Assembly (NCBI RefSeq): GCF_006345805.1
Contig: NC_043007.1
Coordinates: 49,600,001 to 49,664,000, forward strand
Source of the DNA: Octopus sinensis
Taxonomy: Eukaryota
DNA: 64,000 nucleotides
Reading direction: 5' to 3'
Made by a program: the position numbers and the translations under genes. The first letter of the stretch is position 1; the number at the start of each line of letters is the position of its first letter. The notes beneath the pieces are model-generated. The model was given only the letters and a program-made list of their open reading frames with translations, was not told the origin of the DNA and did no database searches. Shown here piece by piece: positions 26,945 to 39,760 of the stretch.

Positions 26945-28785
26945 CATACATGTGCATACATATACATATATACATTTACATACATACACGCGCCCACAGA
27001 GACACACACGCATACACAGAGACATACACGCACGCCTAAATAACGGCCTACTAACAACACTGTCTGTGTATATATAAACTGTGGATATAGGGGTGTGACA
27101 CCTATGTATATTTCCTATTTAGTACTGGGGATGTTTCATTAATAATGACGTAGTCTTGTACTTGTCTGAATGTTGGGTCCTTCGGGTGCTTAGGTAAAAT
27201 TCGGATGTCAAGTTAACCCAGTATGCTTTCATGTTGGTCTTTGGCATGTTGGTAGAGTATGGAAGATTGATTTTTGTCGTCATATTGTCTCAGATACTCA
27301 TTTAGTCTCTCTCCAAATGTCCTAGATGTTTCACCTGTGTATATTATGTTCTTATCTTTAGATGTACCCTATACGCTGTAGACTACACTTCTAATTCTAC
27401 AGTTAATGTCAGGGTTAATCTTACATACCATGCAGTTACCATTGGTGAATGTGCTATTCTCAAGGGATACGTCCTACATAGTTGTGATCTGATGGAGCTT
27501 CCAGGCTTTTCAACAATCTTATTGTTGAATTTAGCCTACTTCAGAGCTTTCCTAAATCTACGGGTTAGTTCTCTATGGGTCGTGGCCTCTGCAAACATCA
27601 CTCCTTGATATTTGTCAGTTTTGTACCACGTGTTCACCCTGTTTGCTTTGTCACGAGGTCTTTGTATCCTATACCAGTCTTTACTTCTATAGCTAGGGCA
27701 GGTACCACTGGTTTTATTACTTATAATACTGTCTAACTTCTTTCTAACAACCCTGTCTTTCTGATCATATCCAGAGAAGTACATGAAGTGCATGAAGTTC
27801 TGTACATGCTTCTGTGTTTCATAGGGTTCATATAGTGGGGACACGTTGTTCATTATCCTAACTATAAGTATGTTGGTATGACCGACCGAACCGAGATGAG
27901 CGTGATGGAAAGCATCCACCATGTAGATAACTTCATCCACTAAAGTATCAAAGTAATTATAAATTAGCCCACTAGGCACCCTAACAATTTATCCCCTGTC
28001 CTTGATTCTGAAATTTGGTTGGTGATTGTGAACAACAGAGTGCAACTCCTCCACACCTATTACATGAAACCTATAGCTTCTAAATATGTTGTTCACAAGA
28101 ACACAGCTTTGTCACACAACATGAAAATCAACATACTGATCGCAAACACATAGATACATACAAATGAAGATTGAAACACATGACCATATACACAGGCGCA
28201 CACTTCGGACAAGGACACATATGGAGACACACATCCGTACATAACAGACGCACATGCATAATCACACAAACACTCAAACATGCACACACAAGGAGGCAAA
28301 GGTATACACACATGCACATGTACAGACAGATAGACACACGCACATACAAATACACAAACACGCAAACATGAACACACAAGCACGTAGATATGCAGAATAC
28401 ATACATATAAACGTACACCCATGCATACACACAAACATGCAGAGTACATATATACATGCATACAAACGTGAACACACGCAAACATATGTTTATACATACA
28501 CACATACATGTATACATACATACATACATATATGTTGCATATGCGCACGCACACTGACGCACACGCATGCGTACAAAAAGAAAACGAATAACTTCCGATA
28601 ACGGACAGAGTCAACGACTATTGAAAAGGTTGCAAGTCAAAATGAAAATTTAGTAAAAAAAAAGTAAATGAATGGAAATCTCATTAGGCAGAAAAATGAA
28701 TGACACTGCCCATAAACAATAAGATATGCTTCAACACACGAATTCGCATAAAGAATCTTGCAAACCGAATACAAAAACGAAATAC
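26060..28785. repeat. Long inverted repeat (about 26060-26760 vs 28150-28720) enclosing a Penelope-like fragment
   Basis: gacttgcaacctattcagtagtcgttgactctgtccgttatc at about 26162 is mirrored at about 28595-28638. Homology continues through the TG/TATG-rich arms. Confidence 0.85.
27100..28060 (-). mobile_element. Penelope-like retroelement 3' fragment (RT thumb, Zn-linker, GIY-YIG)
   Basis: ORF 27536-27979 (SGYDQKDR, GTCPSYRSKDW, NTWYK), then CMVCKINPDINCRIRSVVY..YTGETSRTFGERLNE. Confidence 0.8.
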
Positions 28786-28805
28786 TAATGATAATAATAA
28801 TAATG

Positions 28806-28894
<89 letters not shown>

Positions 28895-28998
28895 TTTGTC
28901 TTCCCTTCTTCCCTGACAAACAGAATATGTAAACATGCCTTTTATTGTAACAACACAATTAAATGCATGTTAAAAAGAATGAAGGAAATAAGCACCTG

Positions 28999-29032
<34 letters not shown>

Positions 29033-30329
29033 GCACAACTGCAAAACCTGTAAACCACAGAAAAACCTTTAAAAAGAAAAGAAAAATTCCAAAAGAAAAA
29101 GAAATTCAGAAATTCAAAAATCCAACAAGGTGAATATCTCTTCCTCTTACTGTTCCCAAAGACTGGAATATCTACAATTTCCTGTGAATATTTTAAATCT
29201 TCCTCAAAATATAATAAGTTAGGAAACTTACATACCCACAACTTTCGAACATACAAACGATCAGCTTTAAAAAATCAACCTGTAATATCTACAACTACTG
29301 TGTGAATACTTATCTTTTGCTCTCTCCCTGAGTATCCGAAAATGTAAACATCATGCTCCATTTTATTCTAAAAACACTACCATTTCTCTTTGTGCGGTCA
29401 TGCAAAAGACCATATTTAGTAAATCTTAAAACTTTACTATCTACAACTTGTTTTCTTTTCTTTTTGACTCTCCCTCAATATACGAAAACGTAAACGTCCT
29501 TTTCGTTGCAAAAGTACTACCGTATTCTCCAAAGGGACAGACAAACGAGCATCTCAAGAAAACTATAAAACTTTAATGTATTACCCAAATACGTAAACAC
29601 ACCTTTTATTGCAACAACACAATTGAATTCAGAAATTCAAAAATTCAACGACGTGAATAGCAGTATATATGTGTGTCTATATATATTTGTGTGTGTGTGT
29701 GTGTGTGTTTGGGTGTGTGTGTGTATGTGTGTATATATATTATTATTGTTTTTTTCTACCAGTAATTACAAATAGAACAGGATGAATTGCTTCTTTTCAA
29801 GGTAGCGCTCTCAGTGAGAGTAGGCCACTTGTAGTAGTAAGGCCACTGGTAATAATAAACACATTTCACCTCTGCTGACTGAAAGGGTACAAGATTCCTT
29901 TGTCTCTATGGCTTACCTCCACACTATCTGCTGAATCTATTTATAGACCTGTAGATTATGATCTATTCACCAAACCGATACCCAACTCTCTCCTCCAACA
30001 ATGGTACTGGTGGTGATGGTGATAATGATAAAAAAGATATATTATGCTGCAGGTGCTAATACTATTAACGTTACAATAATACTACAACTACTACTATTAT
30101 GATAGCACAGGAATCTGAGGCTCAACTACCACTCTAACCACTAACACCATCCCTGCTACTGTTGCTGTTGCTGCAACCACTGCTACTACTATAGATAAAA
30201 ACAATAATATCAGTGATGATAAAATAATAATAATGAAAGGAAACGGGTGGAGCTTCCTCCTTCTCATGGGCTGATTAATGATACATCTAGTGTTGGTGTC
30301 AATAAAAACACTGGTAATTGCGCAACCTG

Positions 30330-31745
30330 ACTATCGCTATCTCATATGAGGGACAATGAAAAAACAAATATTTTGAATAACGGTGGTAATGAAACTGAAG
30401 CCAATGATGGTGACAGTGTTACACCCGGTAGGCTAAGAGATTCTGGTCCGGCTCCAGCCTGTCAATATCCAGAAAGAGACCACCACACGCGGCGTAGATG
30501 GAGCAAACAAATTAATGCTGTGGTGATGGAGTGTTACTACCTGAGCAACCCGGTAGATGAAAATGGTGCTCAGATGAGGGGTTATCGACAACGTATGTAT
30601 GATCATTGAAGAGAAACGGGATTGTTTCAACTCACGGACCAGAGACTGTGTGATCAAGTTAGAGCAATAAGAAAAAAGTGTTGGTCCAAAGAAGTAGAGC
30701 TCGAAGCTATCAAAAGACGGATCATGGAAAATAGCAGCAGAGATAACAATGAAAATACAGTTCTTACTAATAAGAGTAGTCCCATTGCACAGGACAGGAG
30801 CAGTGGTAGTTTACTTGATGAGAGACATATAGTTGATTTAAAAGAAGACAATAAAACTAATGGCGAAATGACAGATGAACAAAAGGCAATCTACGACAGA
30901 ATAAAATCAAGAGTACAGGAAAACGATAACGGCAATATTTGCAACCTTTAAAAGGTTGATCGGTGGAAATTGAACCAAGAAACGAAAAATGTCAATGAAA
31001 TTCTGAAATAGATCAGAGCAAACAACATCACAGCAATAAATAATTTGATCAAGGCAGCAAGAATTGTTGTAGCAGAAAACGTGGGTGTTGATGTCAAGAA
31101 AAAGAAACATAGTGCAAGTGACAAACAAACAAACAAACAAACAAAGAATCCAGGCAGGGTTAGACATGCTGTCGAAGGAAATCTCTGTGTTAGACCTAAA
31201 AGAGAAAGGGAAGCTTAAAAGCGAACAAAAATACAGGGCACTGGAAAGGAAGTATAATATTGAAAGAAAGGACCTGAAAGTTGTAAAGGAGGAATTGAAA
31301 CAGTGCTTCGTTGCAAAAAAAGCAAAGATGGTTAGATACGATTAAAAAATGAAGGGTTACCACCAGTATAACTTATTCAGAGTAGATCAGAAGATATTCT
31401 ATAAAGAAATAAATGGAGAGTGTACAGATGAAAAGTTGATACCAGAAAACATTGAAAGTCAAAGATTTTGGAGTGACATCTGGAGCAAAGACAAGGAGCA
31501 CAAGAAGGATGTTGAATGGTTGCAAGAACTGAAACAAACAGTAGCCTCTCCAAAACAGGCACAACTAGTCATTTCAGTTAGATAAGTGAAGGAAATCAGC
31601 AAAAAAGAATGAGCAACTGGAAGACTCCGAGACCAAATAGAGTTCAAGGCTACTGGATCAAAAGATTTGGTGAATGTCATGCACGAATAGCTGCGCGACT
31701 CAACACCTTGTTAATTGCCGACCAAGTAACATCAGAGTGGTTGGC
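30330..31745 (+). mobile_element. R4/Dong-like LINE 5' fragment
   Basis: RRRWSKQINAVVMECYYLSNP..GYRQRMY, QRLCDQVRAIRKK, FWSDIWS, WKTPRPNRVQGYWIK motifs. Confidence 0.85.
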
Positions 31746-32086
31746 ATTGGATAGTTTTCGGCTAGGAACTACCATTAACTCTGGCTTTCCCTTATTACCA
31801 TTGGCACTGGCTACCCCTTGTCCGATCCCCATAAACTGTATCAATATTCCTCGTAATTTCCGTTGCGCTGTTGCCTTTATTGAACTCATAAAACAAAATA
31901 TGCCGAATATGCTCCTTTGCCACTTCTATTATAGCTTTGAAAAAATAACTGTTAAAATCGAACTGTAATTTTCAAAACTTGTACTAGGAATAAGTACAAG
32001 ATAAAATTACTACCTGCTTTTATAGTAAGTTGATGTAGGTAGTTTATCCCCTCCGACTTGCACTTCATTATTTACGGGATGATCCT

Positions 32087-32164
<78 letters not shown>

Positions 32165-32181
32165 AGACAGATACAGGGTTT

Positions 32182-32660
32182 TCGACTTAATCGACTTAAT
32201 CCGTTTGTCTGCCCTTGGTTGTCCCCTCTGTGTGTAGCTCCTTGTGGGTAGTAAAGAAATAGGTATTTCGTGTGCCGCTACGTTCTGAGTTCAAATTCCA
32301 CTGAGGTCGACTTTACCTTTCATCCTTTCGGGGTCGATTAAATAAGTACCAGTTACGCACTGGTGTCCACATAATCGACTTAATCCCTTTGCCTGTCCTT
32401 GTTTGTCCCTTCTATGTTTCGCCCCCTGTGGGCAATAAAGAAATAAATATTTTAAAGCGGCGATCTGGCAGAAACGTTAGCACGCCGGGCGAAATACTTA
32501 GCGGTATTTAGTCTGTCTTTACATTTTGAATTCAAATTCCGTCGACGTCGACTTTGCCTTTCACCCTTTCGGGGTCGATAAATTAAGTACTGGGGTAGAT
32601 CAAATCGACTGGGCCCCTCCCCAAAAATTTCGGGCCTTGTGCCTAGAGTAGAAAAGAATA
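32182..32660 (+). mobile_element. Tandem cluster of family A SINEs (partial, headless, then full)
   Basis: The core gcctttcatcctttcggggtcga occurs twice, with tails joined at aaagaaataggtatttcg. Confidence 0.85.
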
Positions 32661-33145
32661 TGTATATCTAGACTATTTCATTTATGAATTCTAGATCCCA
32701 CACAGTATTGTTCTTTTTCTCTTAGTCAACCTTTTTACTGTTCTTTTTCTTAATGAATTTACATCTCTATTTTCTACGCCATGCATTATTTTATATGAAT
32801 GTGTAACTTTCTTTAGAAATTAATCAAGTTCCATTGTCTGACATATGTATCAGGGTGACCTTTCTCCATTATCATTTATACACTAAATTATCAATATTCA
32901 TTCGCATGCTCGATTAATTTCATACGTGTTTCACAACGGCTTCTATACTTACTTAATTATCTGTAGTGAGTATGTATGTCCAGGCCTGTCTACACATTTG
33001 CATATGCTGATGTATACACACACACACACACACACACATATGTATGTTTAACATTTATGTGTGAGTGTGTGGGCGTGTATGATTGTATGTGTACGTGTAC
33101 TTCTTCGTATATAGTGTAGCAGGTGTCTATCTATCTATTAATCCC

Positions 33146-33151
33146 CCTCTG

Positions 33152-33185
<34 letters not shown>

Positions 33186-33207
33186 TGTATGTATTTATGT
33201 ATTTATG

Positions 33208-33257
<50 letters not shown>

Positions 33258-33335
33258 CATACATACATACATACATACATACATACATACATACATACAT
33301 ACATACATACATACATACATACATACATACATACA
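33146..33335. repeat. (TATG)n-(TA)n-(CATA)n compound microsatellite
   Basis: Direct reading. Confidence 0.95.
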
Positions 33336-33639
33336 GGGGTTGGCCACAGGCAAAAATCACAAGGCGTGAGATCTGGAATTCTTGGAGTCCTGAAATTCTG
33401 GACTTCTGCGGTCACAGTCTTCAGGTTTTAGTCCCTGCACGTAATGGGGTTTCTACGGGCGAAAATTGAATTCTTTATTCAACACCGTATGTATTGTGTA
33501 TTTTGTCAGTCCACTTTCACGAGCTGCTTGACGCGTTGATTTTAGTAACAAATAATTCTGTAAGTAACTTCTAATGCCTACTTACTTTCCACCAATCTTG
33601 TATACACACATAAAAGAGTAAAAGAGTAAAGTCCTCCTT

Positions 33640-36178
33640 CGGTCATGAATAACGATGGGATTGCACCTAGAAAATTCCCCTCTCAGGCACAAGTTTGGGC
33701 AAGGTTATTTAACGAAGGCCTGCAGTCGCCCATGTATACCAGTCTCCTCTCTTTACGCCACCGATGCTATCCAAGAGAAAGACAAAGGATTATACAGATT
33801 GACACCAGTGACGTCGCAACTCATTTCTACAGCTGAGTGAATTGGAGTAATGTGAAATAAATTGTTTCACCACCTCATGGTTGCGAGCTCTGCGATCTAA
33901 ACCAGGGGTATCAAACATATGGCCCGTAAACCGGAACCAGCACGCTGCAGGGTTTCATCCGGCCCGCGATATGACTTTGGAAAGTGTAAAAATTATATAT
34001 TTAGTTACTTATTATTGCGAATGTTGATTGTTTGAGTATGACTGATGATAGAGTCAATGATCCAATTTCTAATAGAATAATTCCCTTCGATTATTATAGA
34101 ATTGTTGAAATATTGTATTGGAACAAATATATTTTCAGATAATTAATTCAAAAAGGAGAAAAGTGGATACAGAGTATAGATTATTTCAAGAAAAGTGGTC
34201 CTTTTCCTATTTATTCGTGGAGGTGAATGGGAAAGCTGTGTACTTGGTGTATTCGCAGCAGGTTTCAGTGCTCAAAGAATATGACGTTGGGCGCCGCTAT
34301 GAAACTCATCGTGCTGATAAATACAATAACTTGCAAGGACAAATGAGAAGAGAGAAGGTAAATATATTGTTAGCAGATCTGAAGAAACAAAAGTCTGCTT
34401 TAACCCAAAGTCGAGATATCAGTGAGGCAGCTGTAAAAGCTAGCTACCTTGTTGCATCAAAGCTGTACTGTGAGTATGAATTCGTGAAAATATGCATACA
34501 GAAGGCTGCAGAAATTTTATGTCCTGAGAAGCGACAGACTTTTTCCAACATTAGTCTGACGAGAAACACTGTGGCCGATAGGATTTCAGATCTTTCTGCA
34601 GATTTGGAGAGGCAACTGAAGCACAAGGTCAAGTCAATTATTCCATTTCGGTAGCAATTGATGAGAGCGCAGATATTTTGGATGTCGCGCAACTGGCCAA
34701 ATTTATTCGTGGTGTATACGAGACCTTGACCGTCACCGAGGAGTTCCTGGAGCTGGTTCCTATGAGCGACACCACAACAGCAAATAACATGTTCATCTCT
34801 CTCGTTAGAGCACTGGAAAGGGTCGGAGTGGACTGTCCCATGCTGTCAGCATGGCTACAGATGGCGCTTCATCAGTGATTGGGAAAAATGCAAATGGAAG
34901 ACGTAATTTTTGCATATTTCCCTGCATTTTGCAACAGGAGGCATTCTGTTGCTAGTCGTTCAAAATGGATCACATTGTGGAAGTGGTTGTCCGAACTGTT
35001 AATTTCATCCGAAATAAAAGTCTGAATTACCGTCAGTTTCACAATCTTCTCAGCAATATAGGCGTTACCTATGGCTTGCCATATCAAACCAAGGTAAGGT
35101 GGTTAAGCCGAAGTGCCGCGTTGAAGCGTTCCTTTAACCCACGAGAAGAAATTGAACAGTTCATGGAGAATAAGGGCAAACCAGTGTTAGATTTTCAATC
35201 ACCAGAATGGCTGCAACATTTAGCATTTAACGTGGATATTACAGAGCACTTGAATAATCTGAACAAAATGCTGTAAGGCCGTAAACACGTTGTCACGCAG
35301 TATTTTGAAAGCATACGCGCGTTCAAGTGGAAGCTAACTTTGTGGGAGACACAATTGTCAGGTAGTGACCCTGATCATTTTCGTTGTCTAAAAGATGTGG
35401 TTGCGACCGCAGATAATGTTGACATAAATCGGTACAAGACAATATCACGGTATTGCTGCGAGGGTTTCAGCAACGGTTTAAGATTTTTGATGAACTTGAG
35501 ACATATTTTACAGTATTTCGCTCACCATTTACAGTCAACGCCTCTGATCTGCCCGTCAGCATCCAACTTGAAATGATTGACTTGCAGTGTGATTCAGATT
35601 TAAAGAACAAATTTATCTCGATGGACTTGAACACATTTTATCAGTATCTCTTGCAAAAATACCCCAAATTGACAGCCTTTGCTACGAAAGTTTAGTGCAT
35701 GTTTGGATCTACCTACCTTTGTGAATAAGTTTTCTTTGTAATGAGCATCAATAAAACAAAACTGCGCTCAACGACCACACATAAGCACCTAAATGACATC
35801 CTGAAGCGAGCTGCTATTCAGGATTTGACGCCTGATGTTGATGCATATGTGAAAGAGGAAAGTGTTTTCTTTAATTTATAAATTGTATAGATTTACAAGG
35901 CAGTGTGATAACTCAGTCTTCTTTAGCAGTTCCCACTTTCACTTATTCAATGGTTCGCAAAACAAAAAAAAAATTGTTCTTTAAACATAAATATTTTCAG
36001 AATGTAGTTTTTTTACATTAAAACAAAGGGAAATTTTTGAAATTTGGTATTTATAGGTTCTTAAGCCATGATTTTACTGTTCCAGCTCGCTTGAGATCAA
36101 ACTGAGTTGATATGTGGCCCGGAAACTAAAATGAGTTTGACAACCCTGCTCTAACCACTAAGCCATGCGCCTTCCTAA
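33640..36178 (-). mobile_element. Family C SINE split by the hAT insertion (33640-33902 and 36149-36178)
   Basis: The head ..ctctaaccactaagccatgcgcc resumes immediately after the hAT right TIR, and the core cagctgagtgaattggagtaatgtgaaat lies on the left. Confidence 0.75.
33903..36148 (+). mobile_element. hAT (Charlie/SPIN-like) DNA transposon, both ends present
   Basis: TIRs CAGGGGTATCAAAC and GTTTGACAACCCTG. The 8-bp TSD atctaaac / ctctaacc matches at 6/8 positions and resembles NTCTAGAN. Transposase pseudogene about 34150-35840: KRRKVDTEYRLFQEKW, AIDES, TDG, VRWLSR, MFGSTYLCE. Confidence 0.92.
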
Positions 36179-36183
36179 CTCTG

Positions 36184-36259
<76 letters not shown>

Positions 36260-37214
36260 CCCTCTCTCCCTTTATTATGTATTTATGTATTTATGCGTAA
36301 ATATGTATGTATATGACTCTGTAATTGTGTGTGTATGTGTGTGGGAGCGTGTGTGCGCGTTTATCTGTGTTTATGTATACGTGCGCACACCCATACACAC
36401 AAAGAGTAATTGAAAGGCTGATAAATATGAAAATTGACAGATGATCGATGGGTAGATTAAGAAATAGATAAGAGATGCATAGATACATTTATAGATAGGT
36501 AAAAAGATATATGGATAGATACAATGCCAAAAAAGTAGATAAAGATAGGTTCAGCGAAAGATAGGTAGATATGATTAGAAAGATAAATACATAAAAAGTT
36601 TAGTAACGGATACATGCTTTAATGAGCTAATTTTATTGGTACCATAACTAAAATCATGAGAAGATAATGAAGATAAAACAGTAAGGTTTGTCAAGGACTT
36701 TGAATATATTTGTGACTGTGTATGTCTTAGTACAAACAATATGAAGTAAATGGAGTCATACAATGTCGTTGATCTGAAGGGAAACAGAGAATGTTTAAAA
36801 AGAGTATGGAACTTGATGTATGTAAATGAGAAAGTATATAATTAAAAGATGATTAAGTGGATGTTGGGGTGACGGTAGATAGGGAGAAAGTGGTGAGAGA
36901 TTTGGCTTCATGTTAAATTTGAAAGCATTATTATTACTATTGCTGTCGTTGTTGTTGTTCATTTGCATAACTTCTATCTTGTCAAATAGTAGCGGTAAAC
37001 AAGACTGACTTAAATACTCTTATCTTGACCGGGTATCACTTAAATAACTGACATAAAAGTTCAAAAATTAAGAAGAAAAGGGTCTCGCAAACATTTGTTT
37101 TAAAAACGCATTATGTCCCAGAAAAACATACCGCCCTAAAGTATGTCAAGTACCTTGTGATGTACCACTCTATTAACTACCTATTGTCTGTACTCACACA
37201 TACACAGTCACAAA

Positions 37215-37400
37215 CAGGCGCAAGAGTGCCTGTATGGTAAGAACCTCGCTTCCCAACCACATGGTTCCGGATTCAGTCCCACCACGTAGCACCTTGGGCA
37301 AGTGTCTTCTACTTTAGCCTCGGGGCAACCAAAGCATTGTGAATGGATTTGGTATACGGAAACTGAAAGAAGTCCGTCGTATATATATATATATATATAA
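37215..37400 (+). mobile_element. tRNA-derived SINE family B, 5' part
   Basis: ggcgcaagagtgcctgtatggtaag..accttgggcaagtgtcttctac..ggaaactgaaagaagtccgtcg then (TA)n. Confidence 0.85.
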
Positions 37401-37403
37401 ATA

Positions 37404-37595
37404 CAGTGTACATTTAATCACAAAAGAGGTATTCATCATAGGACTCCTTGCACGCTAGAGAGGACAGTTAAATTCCAAACCACTATTAGGGATAAAATTT
37501 CGAATGGAATGAAAAATAAAAACATTTACCATCTAACTCCTGGACCAATGGTTTCAGACTTTTTTTTTACCTCTTTTGTGTTTAAATGTACACTG
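37404..37595. mobile_element. Tc1-type MITE, 192 bp
   Basis: About 30-bp TIRs CAGTGTACATTTAATCACAAAAGAGGTA and their complement, flanked by TA on both sides. Confidence 0.88.
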
Positions 37596-37751
37596 TATTT
37601 ATAGGAATAATATATAGTCTATTGACTAAATTTTTACACGCTAGGCCACTGGTAATGGAAATTTCTAATATTTCAGATTACCCAATACATAATACAAAGA
37701 GGAGAGGAAGATAAACCAGATAAGTATCGTGTATATGTTATCGGGTATGTA

Positions 37752-39040
37752 TTAACTAGGCAACTAAGTTCCCGCTGTATTTTTAAATTAAAATTTTTTT
37801 AAAGGTTTAACAAAAAATAACAACTAGTTAATCAATAATGTATTCACCCTTGTTGTTTACAACTTCTTCCCAACTTTCAACAAGCTTTTCAACACCTCAT
37901 TGGTAGAAATCACCCGATTTCGACTCGAAAAATTGATCCAACCAAGCTCTCAATTCTGCGTCAGTATTGAACGAAACTCCGCTCATAGCATTTGAAAGAG
38001 ATCGAAAGAGGTGGAAGTCCGTTGGTGCCAAATCAGGAGAGTACAGTGGGTGTAGCAGCACTTCTCAGCCATGCGTTTGAATGGCTTCCTTGGTCATATT
38101 GGCGACATGAGGGTGGGCGTTGTCGTGCAGCAGAAGAACTCCATGCTGCCGATTAGGTCTTTTCCCTTGAATAACCGTGTTGAGTCGTTCCATCTGTCGT
38201 TCCGCGTTGAGCGTTTGATTCCGTTCAAGCAATTCGTAACGGATAATCCCTTCCCAGTCCCACCATACGTACAACATCGTTTTACGTGGATGAAGATCTT
38301 GTTTCAAGTTCGGTGTCGCTTGTTTACCGGGGCTAAGTCATTCCTTACGCTGCTTCATATTGATGTGCAGACACCATTTTTCGTCGCCAGTAGCGATTCG
38401 GTAAAGAAATTGTGGCTTGTGTCCATGAGTTGAGCGGTGACGAGCAAGCAAACCAGCGGAGATTGTGGCTCGTTGATTTTTGCTGTTGTCACTTAAAGCA
38501 TGCGGAACCCATACTCCATACTTCCCAACCTTTCCTATCAAGTGAAGATGCTTATCTATAGCAGTGTGGGAGCATTCCATTTCCTCTGCCAGTTCACTTG
38601 TCGTTTGACGAGAATTTTCGTGCAAAAGTTGGTTTAATCGCACTTCATCGAACTCAACTGGACGGCGAGAACGAGGTGCGTCTTTGAGGTCAAAATTTCA
38701 GTTTTTGAACTTGGCATACCAATCACGAGCGGTTCTTTCAGTTATGGCACCCTCTCCATACATAGCACAAATGTCGCGAGCAGCTTTTACGGCCTTAGAA
38801 CCCTGATTAAAAGCAAAAAGGAGGAGGTGTCGAAAATGCTCGTTTTTCTTAACTTGACATTCCATTTTGATGATCTGAAAATAAACAAAAATTAACTAAA
38901 ATTAACTAGAAAAGAAAAACAAAATAGATTCCAAAATGATTCAAAAATAGAATTCTCGCAAAAGAAAATATATTCCACAATTTAAAAACGCAATAAATTC
39001 CAAAATTAAAAAAAACGGCGGGAACTTAGTTGCAACCCAA
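37752..39040 (-). mobile_element. Full-length mariner (DD34D) transposon
   Basis: TIR core GCAACTAAGTTCCCGC at both ends, TA TSDs, about 1.29 kb. Confidence 0.93.
37828..38865 (-). pseudogene. Mariner transposase pseudogene (346 codons, four in-frame TGA stops, no net frameshift)
   Basis: MECQVKKNEHFRHLLLF, WVPHAL, TGDEKW, HDNAHPH, YSPDLAPTDF, GEYIID*. Confidence 0.92.
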
Positions 39041-39249
39041 TAGCTATCCATTAGCCACATTTCTAGTTTGCTTTGTAGGTGTAATGAAGGTTAATAGGTA
39101 ATTAAAATATATGGGCCTCTATTATATATGATTAGATCCGATGGGATAAAATAAATGCTCAGTCACAGATTAATAGGGTTAGATAATGTGTTCCTTCAGT
39201 ATCACATACAACACTCATAATAGATTCTTTTTATATTTTCATTATTCTC

Positions 39250-39760
39250 TTAATAATTCATAGACCTCCATACAGCATTGTCTACACCCCATATCTACTG
39301 TTAGAGTATGGTTTTGCTACCCTAATTATATACCATTTTATATCGATATTATCGTATTTGAGCTCTCAAACTTTCGTGGCTAATGATGTTCTACCAGCCC
39401 TAGGTTTCAGTTTGAAAGACGATTGCAGGTTGCGTAGTCTCTTTATACATATATAAATATAAATATAAGAATATAAATATAAGTATTATCCTTTGTCGTC
39501 ACTGTACACCTGTATACAACATTTTCAGCCATACAGTGACCAGAAATCGGGCGTGATTTTTTTCGAAACAATTGCATCTATGTTTGGTCATGACGCAATT
39601 GTTATTACGAATAATCCCTCTTATACTATTTTGGCTTATAGAATTATCCTATTGGGTGCTATTAGTGTTCATATAGTTACTACCAGAGGCAATGTTAAAA
39701 TATCTAGGGTCGTTATTATTAACTATATTCAGAGTAGTAGTTGGTGGATTGATTAGCTTC
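39250..39760 (-). mobile_element. Penelope-like GIY-YIG fragment (Naiad-like)
   Basis: RCNC..(frameshift)..PISGHCMAENVVYRCTV. Region 39255-39360 is highly similar to 41965-42070. Confidence 0.65.

Noticed and set aside
31677-31968. Short ORFs at the end of the 30.3-31.7 kb LINE fragment
   Set aside because: They straddle a junction of unrelated sequence and I cannot assign any motif.
33333-33488. Possible small Tc1/mariner-derived element (TA|CAGGGG..CACCG|TA)
   Set aside because: The terminal match is too weak to call.
39500-39600. Possible selenocysteine (UGA) recoding, as reported for some Naiad PLEs
   Set aside because: The linker Cys positions here are TGC/TGT or CGC, not TGA.
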